The notes under the pieces are model-generated. The model was not told the origin of the DNA. It searched no databases and saw nothing but the letters and a program-made list of their open reading frames with translations. Made by a program: the position numbers and the translations under genes. Positions 29,601 through 38,383 of a stretch of DNA of 64,000 nt are shown here, one piece after another. The stretch lies in assembly GCA_965222075.1 (NCBI GenBank), contig OZ244937.1:2912001-2976000 (forward strand), given 5' to 3'. The stretch comes from Candidatus Latescibacterota bacterium. Its GTDB lineage: Bacteria > Latescibacterota > UBA2968 > GCA-2709665. The first letter of the stretch is position 1; the number at the start of each line of letters is the position of its first letter.

Positions 29601-30143
29601 CTCGGCCTGAAACCGGGCGTACTTCACTGCAACGGCCAGATTCTGAGGCGCCAGCTCAAACAGACGGTCCATCTCCCGGGCGGCAATCGCCAGCGCCCCG
29701 GGATCTCCTTTCTGCGCAACCGCCGCGCGGTAGAGCGCGTAGCACGCCACCTGGTCTTGCGGCCGAACCCGCAGCGCCTGCCCAAGCGTCGCCATCGCCA
29801 TCGTCCGGTCTCCCTCCCACTGCTGCACCTCGGCCACCAGCAGCAGCACCCCCACGTTCTCCGCCTCCCGCTGCCGTGCCCGCTCCAGCCAGAACGCCGC
29901 CGAATCGGCCTGCCCCATCCGCAGGTAAGCCAGCCCCAGGTTCGCGTACCCCAGCGCCTCTCCCGGCGCTGAAGCGATCACCTGCGCAAACGCCGCGGCC
30001 GCCTCCTTCGGCTGCTCCTGCTCTAAGTAGGCCACCCCGAAATTCTTCTGCCGCTCCGCCTCCAGGCGCGAAAGCTGCGCCCACGCCGGGCCACTCCCCC
30101 CCCAAAAAGCCAGCATGGACAGGATCAATACCCTACCCCCCAA
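26658..30143 (-). CDS. Exported TPR + FG-GAP propeller + ASPIC/UnbV protein with a large C-terminal domain
   Basis: TTG 30143 after AAGGA; signal peptide, TPRs, seven D-x-D-x-DG repeats, HFGLG, then KGSCPYLYCWDG...GWDKDAD. Confidence 0.87.
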   Translation of the reverse strand: MGGRVLILSMLAFWGGSGPAWAQLSRLEAERQKNFGVAYLEQEQPKEAAAAFAQVIASAPGEALGYANLGLAYLRMGQADSAAFWLERARQREAENVGVLLLVAEVQQWEGDRTMAMATLGQALRVRPQDQVACYALYRAAVAQKGDPGALAIAAREMDRLFELAPQNLAVAVKYARFQAEQGNPEGAARGLEVLRPAVLDMAMPRRVLDGVEKALAAGDAQGIRRGLTVLENVLRPTPRYKQALGEVQQPVVGLPLVRFSRSFDEGLKRERPPEVRVRFVPFDRDALPAPGPVAVRGAEAVGSIDAADVDGDGDEDLLVGFSDGERGGLRLWRREGRGWVSVLPDEIAGPAAGTRFVDFDNDGVFDVVAVGRGGLRLLRGDSTGVWQDVTAPAGLSPEPGGTVELVDADNEGDLDFCTGSKEGVRLWQNRLDGTFREVSEQAGLSGLDGGIAQVAAFDHDDDGDVDLLGVEDAGGLRLFDNLRQGRFVEAARGLDTTACRSVLAADLDNNGRLDLVLVGRAGSVWIQYNTGKGFAPGVKVAVDGVSVRALTAFDFDNDGWTDLTVAGTRNGGPALAVLRNRGDGGWEVRSLPLPLRGCVALLGVDLDGDGDLDLLALDGAGQLRGWRNEGGNAHHFLRVRLKGLRTGGTKNNLHGVGSKVEIKAGLHYQMQVVRSPVTHFGLGKQAQADLMRVTWSNGVPQNVLRPSADQTITEVQTLKGSCPYLYCWDGERFAFVTDLLGASPLGLQVAEGVVAPHNPRELMTVPSDRIAVRDGDYVFQFTEELWETVYLDEVGLWVVDHPPGVEVFTDQRFLPPPYAPPRPILTRGRVSPVRAEDSRGREVTERLLGFDHRYPERLRPSRYQGIVTPHALTLYFGEVSGLDHPLLAIGCWIFWTDTSINVSMSQGRAVVPSLPVVEVWRPASGWQTLDAPFGMPTGKDKWVMLDLGDALYAPDARVRIRTNYQIYWDQAFLTDAAPEAPHRITRLGPRSADLHYGGFSRMYRPSEDGPHLFDYTQRVSLPLWPDMEGMATRYGDVTELLTAADDRYVIMTAGDEVTVRFDAGALPPLRPGWERDFLFLSDGWDKDADKNTVTGDRVGPLPFHAMSAYPYPASETYPDDEAHRVYRERYNTRRIGLEGFRTFVKAYGGEPVPALPWEVE

Positions 30144-30156
30144 TTTCGGAATCCTT

Positions 30157-31953
30157 TTACCGTCCTGAAAAGGGAATCCTCTCAACAATTCCTTTCCCCT
30201 CCTCAACCACATAGGTCGCCCCCGCCTCAAGCCCTTCTGAGGTCTCAACACGCCCCTCCGGCCACCGGACGGACAGCCGGTCCACCCGGGTGCGCGCTCC
30301 AAGACCGAACGTTAGCGTCGTCTCACTCTGGCTCAGGTACGATGAACCGGTACGCACCATCGCCCGCTGTTCCAGGTCTCCGGCCACAGCGGTCACCACC
30401 GCCCCCAGCGCCTGCCGGTTTGGAGCCGCCCCGCGCAGATGCACCCGCACGGCCCCCCCGGCGGGGCCCTCGTTGCGCATCAGCACGGCCGGACCGCCGT
30501 TCGCCGCCAGCACCAGATCCAGATCTCCGTCTCCATCCACATCCCCATATGCCAGCCCCCGCCCCACAACCCGCAGGGCAAACGCATTGCCGCTTTGATC
30601 GGTCACGTCCTGGAAGCGTCCTCCTCCATCGTTCCAGAACAGCTGCGTCTGCTGCGCATACGTAATCTCCTTCTGGACGCGGTTGATCTCCGGTTCCAGG
30701 TGCCCGTTGGCCAGAACGAGATCGAGGTAACCATCTAAATCGTAATCAAAAAAAAGTAGCCCGAACGTCAGCGGCAGCAGGGTCGACCGGGCGATCTGCC
30801 GCCTCCCCGCCTCGTCGATAAAGAAATCCTCCCACGACTGGCGATAGAAAGAGACCGGCTCCCGGCTGAAATTCCCGATGGCGATCGCCAGTTTCCCATC
30901 ATTGTCCAGCGACCCCACATCCACCCCCATCCCGGCCCGCGCCCGCCCCGCTTCATCGTAGGCGATCCCGGACGCCAGCCCGACCTCTTCGAAGGTCCCA
31001 TCTCCCCGGTTGCGATAGAGGAAGTTCGGCTGCGTATCGTTGGTCACCACCAGATCCGGGTGGCCATCGCCGTTGAAGTCCGCCACCGCCACCCCCAGCG
31101 ACTTCCCCTTCGGATTGTAAACGCCCGCCCGCTTTGTGACTTCCTCAAACGACCCGTCCCCCCGGTTGCGATACAGCCGGCAGGTCGAGCCCTCGTACGG
31201 CTGGGGCGTCGCGTACGATTTGTTCACCCCATCGATTGTGGTAAACAGATCGGTCTCCGGCGACCACCGGACATAGTTGCAGACAAACAGATCGATCCAG
31301 CCGTCCCCGTCCACATCCACCCAGGCCGTCCCCGTAGACCACTCCGGGGATTCCTTTCCCCCCTCGGACCGCCAGCGCCCCCCTGCCACGCCCGCCCGTG
31401 CCGTCGCATCCTCGAACCGCCCGCCCTCGTTTTGCAGCAGCCGGTTTTCCCCCACGGCCGTCAAATAGAGATCCAGGTCCCCATCCCCGTCATAGTCTCC
31501 GGCGGCGCAGCCCATCCCATACAAAGAGAAAGAAAGCCCTGCGCTCCTGGTCACATCCTCAAAGCGCCCATCCCCCCAGTTGCGGTAGAGCCTGGACGTC
31601 GGAACCGATCCTGCCGCGCCGGACCAGGGCGTCCCGTTGATCAGCAGGAGATCCAGGTCCCCGTCCCCGTCGTAGTCGAACAGGGCGCACCCGCTCCCCA
31701 TCGACTCGGGCATCCACTTCTGGCCAGAGGCCCCGGTCTCGTGTCGGAAATCGATCCCGGCCTCTTCTGTAAAATCGGAAAACGTAATCGGAGGAGGGCT
31801 TGGCCGCTCAGAAACGCGGACCGAATCGGAAGGAAGTTGGATATACGCGGAAGTATCGACTTCGGTCACCGGCGGCTCCCGCTCGCAGGCGAACAGCATG
31901 CAACAGGCGGACAGGAAAAAGATGGCGAAGCGAAGGCAACCCGGCGCAATCAT
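30157..31953 (-). CDS. CRTAC1-family (FG-GAP + ASPIC/UnbV) probable lipoprotein
   Basis: Lipobox-like LFAC, ESMGSGCALFDYDGDG, repeated RNRGDGxF, AGMG, SSYLSQ, TFGLG. Confidence 0.9.
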   Translation of the reverse strand: MIAPGCLRFAIFFLSACCMLFACEREPPVTEVDTSAYIQLPSDSVRVSERPSPPPITFSDFTEEAGIDFRHETGASGQKWMPESMGSGCALFDYDGDGDLDLLLINGTPWSGAAGSVPTSRLYRNWGDGRFEDVTRSAGLSFSLYGMGCAAGDYDGDGDLDLYLTAVGENRLLQNEGGRFEDATARAGVAGGRWRSEGGKESPEWSTGTAWVDVDGDGWIDLFVCNYVRWSPETDLFTTIDGVNKSYATPQPYEGSTCRLYRNRGDGSFEEVTKRAGVYNPKGKSLGVAVADFNGDGHPDLVVTNDTQPNFLYRNRGDGTFEEVGLASGIAYDEAGRARAGMGVDVGSLDNDGKLAIAIGNFSREPVSFYRQSWEDFFIDEAGRRQIARSTLLPLTFGLLFFDYDLDGYLDLVLANGHLEPEINRVQKEITYAQQTQLFWNDGGGRFQDVTDQSGNAFALRVVGRGLAYGDVDGDGDLDLVLAANGGPAVLMRNEGPAGGAVRVHLRGAAPNRQALGAVVTAVAGDLEQRAMVRTGSSYLSQSETTLTFGLGARTRVDRLSVRWPEGRVETSEGLEAGATYVVEEGKGIVERIPFSGR

Positions 31954-34811
31954 CCACCCCCTCCCGCCCCCGGCCGCCTTCTCTTCGGGACCTGGAGGCC
32001 GATCTGGTGGATGTGGATCTTCTGGGCCTCACGCTCGTCCTCCGGGTGGTCTAAAAGGTAGGCCTGCGTCACCTCTTTGGCCGACTCGTCAATCTGGTAT
32101 TTCAGGTACGCCTTCTCCGCCGCAGCAGCCTCTCGCCGGCGTCCCAGCGCCCGCAGCGCCAGCATCCGGTGGTAGTTCGCGGCCCGATCCTCAGGATCGA
32201 TCGCCAGCGCCCTGTCCAGGGCCTGCAGCGCCCCCTCAAACTGGCCGTTCAGATAACGCACACGGCCCAGGTTCCGCCAGGCCGCCCGGTCCTCAGGAAA
32301 ATCCTGAAGGAGGCGTGAGTAAGCGGCCGCTGCTTCGTCGTATCGTCCCTCCTCCTGCAGAACCACGCCCCAGACCCAGGCGGTCTGCGCGTTGCCCGGG
32401 GCGATCGCCTCGCACTTTTGAAGGTACCCATAGGCCACCTTCAGATCCCCGTCCTGAACCGCGGCTCTCGCCAGGTTGCGATACCCGTCAATCCGTTCGG
32501 GCGCAGCGTCCACAACCTTCCGGAACGCCCACGTTGACGCGCGAGTCTCCCCCTGCAGCATCAGCCCGATGCCGTAGTCGTTGAACCGCACCCAATCCTC
32601 GGAAACCGGGCCGACCTCACCCGCCGCCCGCTCCCCCACTCCGGAAGCCAGCACAGACAAACGCATCTCATCCACTGCAATCTCGGTAATCGGCAGATCC
32701 GGGACTGCATCAAACGCCCGAAAGCCGGCCGGGTTGGCGCGATACGCGAATTCGGTATACGCCCGGTCAAACTTACGCCACAGCAGGCGCGCCCGGAGGG
32801 TCAGCGTCCGTCCCACCTGAGCTTCCGGCACTCGGAAGCGATAGCGGGCCACATCCGCTGTACCGGGGCCGATCACGTTGACGTAGACAGCCGTATAAAT
32901 GTCCTGCGCGTTGCGCCGGTGAATCGGTCCGCTGTGTCGATCCAGAATCAGCGCCCTGTAGAAATGCGCCCCCGGATCCACATACCCGTCCTCCCGGACA
33001 AACCCGCTCACACCCACGGGCCGCCCCCCCTCGTCCAACAGCGCAACCTCCAGCCACCCCTCGTTGGAATCGTTCGTCCCACCCGGAAACGTGTGGCCCA
33101 CCCCCTGGTTGCGCACCACCACCTCCACCTGCACCTCCTCACCCGCCATAAGCGGAGGGACCACGCGGTCGAGCGGGGCAATGGGCGCCTCGAAACCAGG
33201 CCCCCGCCTCAGGGCGAAAACGTCCACACGCAGCTTCTCGTCCCTCAGGAAGGCCTCGATCCGCCGGATCGTCCCCTCGTCTCCCCGAACGTAGGGCAGG
33301 GCGGTATTGACGGCGGTGAACCGGTGAGACCGGACGTATCCGCTCCTGGCCGAAACGTCTCCCAAGACTGCCTTTTCAGGCGGCATGTGGCAGTCCTGAC
33401 AGACCCGTTTTGCGGGCGGAAGGTAAAAAGTGCGCGAGGCGTTGTGGGACACCCCGCTGTCGTGCCAGGCATCGAACTCGTCCTGTCCCCGAAGCCAGCG
33501 GTAATCGTTCACCGGCACATCCAGACTCACCTTGTGGCAGGTCGCGCAGTAGTCGGCCGTCCGGAAAAACGGCTTCAGCATCTGCCGTTTGTGCACCGTC
33601 GGCTTGGCCTTCACTGCAGCATCGTGGAGAACCCTCCCGATCCCGGACTTCGCATCCGGAAAGAGATAGGGGTCCTCCTGCGCGTCCGCGATATTGTAGT
33701 TCCCGTTGCCGGTCCGGTTGTGGATCTGATCAATCGCGTGACAGGCCAGACAAGTCAGCCCGGCCTGCGCTGTGGGCGACGTCCGGTCAATCTCCCCCGA
33801 CATCATCCCCGCCAGCATCAGCGCCGGATCGTGGCAGCCGCTGCACCACTTCGACTTCTCGTTCCCCACGGCCCGGCGCATATCGTTCACCGTCGCTTCA
33901 TAGAAAGGATTGTTGAACGAGGCAAACCGGTGCGCCGAGACCGCCCACTGGGCGACGATATCCGCGTGACACCGCTTGCAGGTCTCAGCCCCGATCTTCT
34001 CGTGCACGACAAACCCGTAGCGCTCCAGATCCGGCTTCAGCGCCTCCGGATGGGACACATCCCCCCGCGTAATAATCCGCGAAGGGAGGAAATCTCCCGT
34101 CGTCGTCGTAGCCGCCGAAGGGAAGAAAGGGCTCTCCGGGGGCACATACCCGGCAGCCACAAATCCGGCTTCGTCAACATAGCCCTCTAAGCTGCGGCCC
34201 TTTGACCCCGGCCCCGTGTGCTTGCCCGCCGCAATCGCCCGTACTGCCTCTTCTGTCAGGTGATCCTCCCGATAGGTCACCCCGTGCAGCAAAACGAGGA
34301 GCCCCGTCAACCCTGCCGTGGCGCCTATCCCCACCCGGCAGGCTCGCCGCGTCGGCTTCCAGACCGACGCTCGCCGGTGAGCAAGGTAGAGCGCCGGCAC
34401 CAGAACCGCGCAGACTGCGTGCGCCCAGAACGCCCAGCGGTTGTCCCGGCTGTTGGCCTCCGTCAAAATAAAAAGCCCGGACACGGCCAGCGCCAGGCCA
34501 AGCGTCAACACCAGAAGGCCTGAGAAAAGCGCGGTCCGATTGCGGCGCCGGATCCAGACCCGCGTGAGGTGCCACAGGGCAAAAACGATTGCGATCCCCG
34601 CAAGCGCCAGACCCACGCCGGTATGCGAGAGCACCATCGCCTGGTAGAGCCCGGGCAGCGAGGTCTCCGTTAATGCGAAGATACGCAGATCGAACCAGTC
34701 GGCCAGCCGGAAACACAGGAGATAGAGCGTATCTGCCAGCATAAAGATCCCGACCACGACGACGACCTTCAGAAGTCGCCGCTGAGCGCCCGTCAATCTG
34801 CTCATAGACAT
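31950..34811 (-). CDS. Membrane-anchored pentaheme cytochrome c with C-terminal TPRs
   Basis: About five N-terminal TM helices; CKRCH, CSGCH, CLACH, CATCH, CQDCH; GHTFPGG; TPRs. Stop overlaps the next ATG (ATGA). Confidence 0.9.
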   Translation of the reverse strand: MSMSRLTGAQRRLLKVVVVVGIFMLADTLYLLCFRLADWFDLRIFALTETSLPGLYQAMVLSHTGVGLALAGIAIVFALWHLTRVWIRRRNRTALFSGLLVLTLGLALAVSGLFILTEANSRDNRWAFWAHAVCAVLVPALYLAHRRASVWKPTRRACRVGIGATAGLTGLLVLLHGVTYREDHLTEEAVRAIAAGKHTGPGSKGRSLEGYVDEAGFVAAGYVPPESPFFPSAATTTTGDFLPSRIITRGDVSHPEALKPDLERYGFVVHEKIGAETCKRCHADIVAQWAVSAHRFASFNNPFYEATVNDMRRAVGNEKSKWCSGCHDPALMLAGMMSGEIDRTSPTAQAGLTCLACHAIDQIHNRTGNGNYNIADAQEDPYLFPDAKSGIGRVLHDAAVKAKPTVHKRQMLKPFFRTADYCATCHKVSLDVPVNDYRWLRGQDEFDAWHDSGVSHNASRTFYLPPAKRVCQDCHMPPEKAVLGDVSARSGYVRSHRFTAVNTALPYVRGDEGTIRRIEAFLRDEKLRVDVFALRRGPGFEAPIAPLDRVVPPLMAGEEVQVEVVVRNQGVGHTFPGGTNDSNEGWLEVALLDEGGRPVGVSGFVREDGYVDPGAHFYRALILDRHSGPIHRRNAQDIYTAVYVNVIGPGTADVARYRFRVPEAQVGRTLTLRARLLWRKFDRAYTEFAYRANPAGFRAFDAVPDLPITEIAVDEMRLSVLASGVGERAAGEVGPVSEDWVRFNDYGIGLMLQGETRASTWAFRKVVDAAPERIDGYRNLARAAVQDGDLKVAYGYLQKCEAIAPGNAQTAWVWGVVLQEEGRYDEAAAAYSRLLQDFPEDRAAWRNLGRVRYLNGQFEGALQALDRALAIDPEDRAANYHRMLALRALGRRREAAAAEKAYLKYQIDESAKEVTQAYLLDHPEDEREAQKIHIHQIGLQVPKRRRPGAGGGG

Positions 34812-34896
34812 TGGCTCCCGCCCTCCCGGCTCAATTCGCCGTCCGCGGCAACGCCCGCCCTCAGCCCCACCGGACAGATCAAACAAAGTGCGAAGC

Positions 34897-36408
34897 TCAT
34901 CCCTCAAACCATATTGGGCTGCTCCAGGCCATCTGCCCGTTCTCCTGCGTCACCCGCACGTAATAACAGGCCCCCCTGTCGTCGCCGCGATGCCGGTATT
35001 CTCCCAACAGCGTGTAAAGCGCCTTCGGCGCCGCCCGGTGGACCTTCACCCACCCCGGCACCTTCCCCATCCCGAACCCCTGGCTCCCCTCCAGCAGTTC
35101 GCCGATTGTAAACGCGCGTTTCTGGTCCGAAAAGGTGTTGGCAACCGACCAGTCCAGAGACGTTGCAAAAAGGCTCTGCCGGGTCTGGCAGTGCAGGCCG
35201 ACCTCGATCCGGGTCGCCTCGCTGCCCTGTACCTCAACACAAAGCGCATCGTTGGCCGAATGGACCGGAAACGTATTTCGGGATGCGAACATCCCTCCCC
35301 GCGAAGTATACGACTGCCAGCGGCAGCCGGCGCCATCCTGCTCCAGGATGCGCTTGCGCCGGTGCTCGTCAAATGGATCCGAGGAAAAACAGGGCATAAC
35401 CTCGCGTATCTCCCCGCCCTCGACCGCCAGCGTACCCTCCCAGTCAAAAATCGGAAACCCCTTCATCGGCCCCCACCCCCATTCCAGCCGCAGCCGGTAG
35501 GCCTGCTCGCCTCCGGTCGCTCCCGACGCATAGTCCGGCGTCTGTGCAAGAACCGGCACGTTGTTCCGGACCAACTCCACCAGCTTGATAAAATCCCATC
35601 CCTCAACCTCAAACCTCAGATCCTGCGCAGCCCCCCCTGCCACGATGCTCCCCATGCCGGACTCCCCCACGTTCAGATCCACATCAATCCGGTCTCCGGT
35701 CACCGCAATCGTCCGCCGGTTCAGAATCCCATCGAAAATCGCCTCCCGCGTATTGGCCTTAGCCCGAACCCCGGTCAGCCCGAAACCGTAACCGCCGGGG
35801 TACCCGTCGTGATTGTCGGTACCCGCGGTAAACCCGAACCGTCTGCCCAAGGCCAGGCCGTGCTGGGCGGTAAACTGCGCGGGCCCCGGCCCGCCGCTGT
35901 GCCCCAGCATCGGAAACGGCCCGACATCCCGCTCCGAACAGCCGTGCTCCGAGAAGATCTCAACAACCGGTGAGAGCGCCTCGTCAAACAGCTCCCAGTC
36001 CACACCGTTCACATAGGCGGTATGGTGCGGGACCAGGATCGCCCTCTTCGACCTGTAATACGCCTGCAGCTCGGCCAGGCTCTTTGCAAAGTGCAGCGGC
36101 TGGCCATCCTCACAACAGACCACATGCACGTGCCCCCACGCGTGGGAATGCCATTCGTACGCCAGAAACGACGTAAACCTGCCCGGATCGTTATGTTCGG
36201 CCGCGGCCTTCTGGATATCCTCCCAGTGCGCATTGACAATATCATAGCCCCCGGGCGCGCTGCCGTCTGCGAACTGCGCGTGTGGCGTAAACGCATAAAA
36301 ATCCAGGTGCGACCGTGCAATATCGTAGCTGCGTGCCAAGCTGCCGATCCCGTAACCCAGCTCGTTGTGATTGTGGATATCCCCCCAGTACAGGCCATCC
36401 CTGGACAT
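34897..36408 (-). CDS. DUF3604/PHP-like metallohydrolase
   Basis: YWGDIHNH, AYEWH, EIFSEHG, GTDNHDGYPG, YYVRVTQENGQMAWSSPIW; GGAGGT RBS. Confidence 0.85.
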   Translation of the reverse strand: MSRDGLYWGDIHNHNELGYGIGSLARSYDIARSHLDFYAFTPHAQFADGSAPGGYDIVNAHWEDIQKAAAEHNDPGRFTSFLAYEWHSHAWGHVHVVCCEDGQPLHFAKSLAELQAYYRSKRAILVPHHTAYVNGVDWELFDEALSPVVEIFSEHGCSERDVGPFPMLGHSGGPGPAQFTAQHGLALGRRFGFTAGTDNHDGYPGGYGFGLTGVRAKANTREAIFDGILNRRTIAVTGDRIDVDLNVGESGMGSIVAGGAAQDLRFEVEGWDFIKLVELVRNNVPVLAQTPDYASGATGGEQAYRLRLEWGWGPMKGFPIFDWEGTLAVEGGEIREVMPCFSSDPFDEHRRKRILEQDGAGCRWQSYTSRGGMFASRNTFPVHSANDALCVEVQGSEATRIEVGLHCQTRQSLFATSLDWSVANTFSDQKRAFTIGELLEGSQGFGMGKVPGWVKVHRAAPKALYTLLGEYRHRGDDRGACYYVRVTQENGQMAWSSPIWFEG

Positions 36409-36442
36409 ATCTACCTCCCATACGCATTGAAAACGCTTCACG

Positions 36443-37297
36443 CTAAGACGCCTGTTCCGCCTCCTCCACCAACCTCAACCAGTCTAAGTGGCTCTTAGCC
36501 ACCGATGCGGGATTCGCCCTGCTGCGGGCGATGAATCCGGGCACATCGCGGCCGGTTGGCATGCCCGAATCGCTGTAGCGCAGGTCCAGGCTCCAGCGGA
36601 CGTGGTCGGAATGGTTCGGAATCGAACGGTGGATGGTTTTGTGCTGGACCAACAGCACGCCGCCCACCCGGATGGGGCAGGCCACCTGTTCGCCCGGCGG
36701 AAGCCGGTCTTCTGCGATCCCCCAGTAGTTGCGAACCCGCACGTGTTCGATCAGCCCGGCCCTGTGGCTCCCGGCAATCACCTCCATACACCCGTTCTCC
36801 ACCGTGGCGTCCACCAGCGGAATCCAGAAATTCACCATAAATGTCTCCTCCGCATCCTGCTCCAGGTAGCCCAGGTCCTGGTGCCACGGCACCACCGTCT
36901 CCTCCTGGTCGGGCAGCTTCGCCCGGGCGTTGAACTGGGGGTGCGCCAGGATCTCCGGCCCGATGATCGACTCAACAATATCCAGGATCGCCGGATGCGT
37001 CATCACCGCAAACATCCCGGCCGTTTTATGGTGCTTCCCGTGAACGGCCCGCCACAGGTCGTGGGGAGCGTCCATCGCCTCGTAGACCCTGGCGATACGG
37101 CGTTCAAACGGCTGATCCTCAAACAGATCGCTCAGCCTCCCCTCCCCATGCGCCTCCCGGGCCTTCCGGTCGATCACCTCGTTGAACTCATCGATCAGCG
37201 GCTGCAGGTCCGCCGGTGGAATCACGTCCTCTAACAGCAGGTACCCCTGCTCCTGGTAGATCGAGATCTGTTCAGAACTCAGTCCCCCCATCGCCAT
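36443..37297 (-). CDS. PhyH-family Fe/2OG dioxygenase
   Basis: PWHQD, NFWIPL, GSH, IHRSIPN..RWSLDLRY. Confidence 0.92.
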   Translation of the reverse strand: MAMGGLSSEQISIYQEQGYLLLEDVIPPADLQPLIDEFNEVIDRKAREAHGEGRLSDLFEDQPFERRIARVYEAMDAPHDLWRAVHGKHHKTAGMFAVMTHPAILDIVESIIGPEILAHPQFNARAKLPDQEETVVPWHQDLGYLEQDAEETFMVNFWIPLVDATVENGCMEVIAGSHRAGLIEHVRVRNYWGIAEDRLPPGEQVACPIRVGGVLLVQHKTIHRSIPNHSDHVRWSLDLRYSDSGMPTGRDVPGFIARSRANPASVAKSHLDWLRLVEEAEQAS

Positions 37298-37563
37298 GCC
37301 TCCTTTCTATACAGATGCTCTGTCGGAATATCCGCGATCATGCCGGGCCGGCGGGAGCAGAAGGCGTTCACCACCAGTGCACCAGGGTGGAGCCGGGAGG
37401 CGTGCACGACCGTTTCTGCATAGGTCACCCACAGGTTGATGGCAATCACGATCAAGACCCCGAGGCCCACCGAACGAAACGTAATACCCCGCTCCGAAGG
37501 CGAACCGAAGTCTGCTTCGGACGGGGTCTGGGTCACAATCCGCTCCTGCCGGGCTGAAGACAT
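37279..37563 (-). pseudogene. Chimeric remnant: N-terminus of a large membrane protein (DUF6785-like) fused to a probably unrelated C-terminus
   Basis: GITFRSVGLGVLIVIAINLWVTYAE..ASRL (one TM) switches abruptly to HPGALVVNAFCSRRPGMIADIPTEHLY. Confidence 0.5.
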
Positions 37564-37608
37564 TGAATATTGAACCCCTCCCAATCTTCAATCTTCAATC
37601 CGCAATCC

Positions 37609-38367
37609 TCACACCCCCACCTCCACCTCGCGGTAGGACGCACATCCTTCCAGGCGACGTTCCCAGTCGCTCTGTCCGGGCTCGGGCACCCCGAACAGCT
37701 GCCGGCGGTTGTGCGACGCCATCACCAGCTCCTGCACGTGCGGCGACAGATCGCTGAATTCAAACTGCGTCTTCATCCACGAATGGACGTAGGAATATTC
37801 CAGCACCTTGCGCGGCCGGTCGCTCCTGTTGTGAAACCGGGCGTGCCAGGTATACCCGTTCATCAACACCGCGTCTCCCGCCTTTACAACCATCTTCACG
37901 TGGTGCGGCATCTCTTCGTGATCCGAAATATCGGGAAGCAGCTGCCCGATCTCGTAGCGGTGGCTCCCCGGCACACAGGCTAAGCAGGCACCGTCTTTCG
38001 TCACATCTTCCAGGTACGTAAAAAGCTTCGTCATAATAATCGACTCGGGCATGTACACGCCCAGAGTCCCCGACAGGTCGCAGTGCCACCCCGATCCCGA
38101 ATCCGTACGGGGCTTGATCATACCACCCTGGGCGTAACGAAGCTGAGCATCGTCGCCCACAATGGCCCGCGCAACGGGGAACAGGACCGGATGGTCCACC
38201 ATATCCACGAAAACATCGTCCTGGTTCAGCAGGTCCCTCAGCGCGCCCGCACCCGCCGCCCGCTCAAACGCCGCCCGCACCCGTTCCAACTCATCCGGAG
38301 CCAGCGCGTTCCGGATCACAACGTACCCCTGCGCATCATACGCCTGCCTGGCCTGTTCCGGTGTCAT
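37609..38367 (-). CDS. PhyH-family Fe/2OG dioxygenase
   Basis: GWHCD, VPGSH, TWHA..NRSDRPR. Confidence 0.92.
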   Translation of the reverse strand: MTPEQARQAYDAQGYVVIRNALAPDELERVRAAFERAAGAGALRDLLNQDDVFVDMVDHPVLFPVARAIVGDDAQLRYAQGGMIKPRTDSGSGWHCDLSGTLGVYMPESIIMTKLFTYLEDVTKDGACLACVPGSHRYEIGQLLPDISDHEEMPHHVKMVVKAGDAVLMNGYTWHARFHNRSDRPRKVLEYSYVHSWMKTQFEFSDLSPHVQELVMASHNRRQLFGVPEPGQSDWERRLEGCASYREVEVGV

Positions 38368-38383
38368 CCGTCTCACCCTCCAT

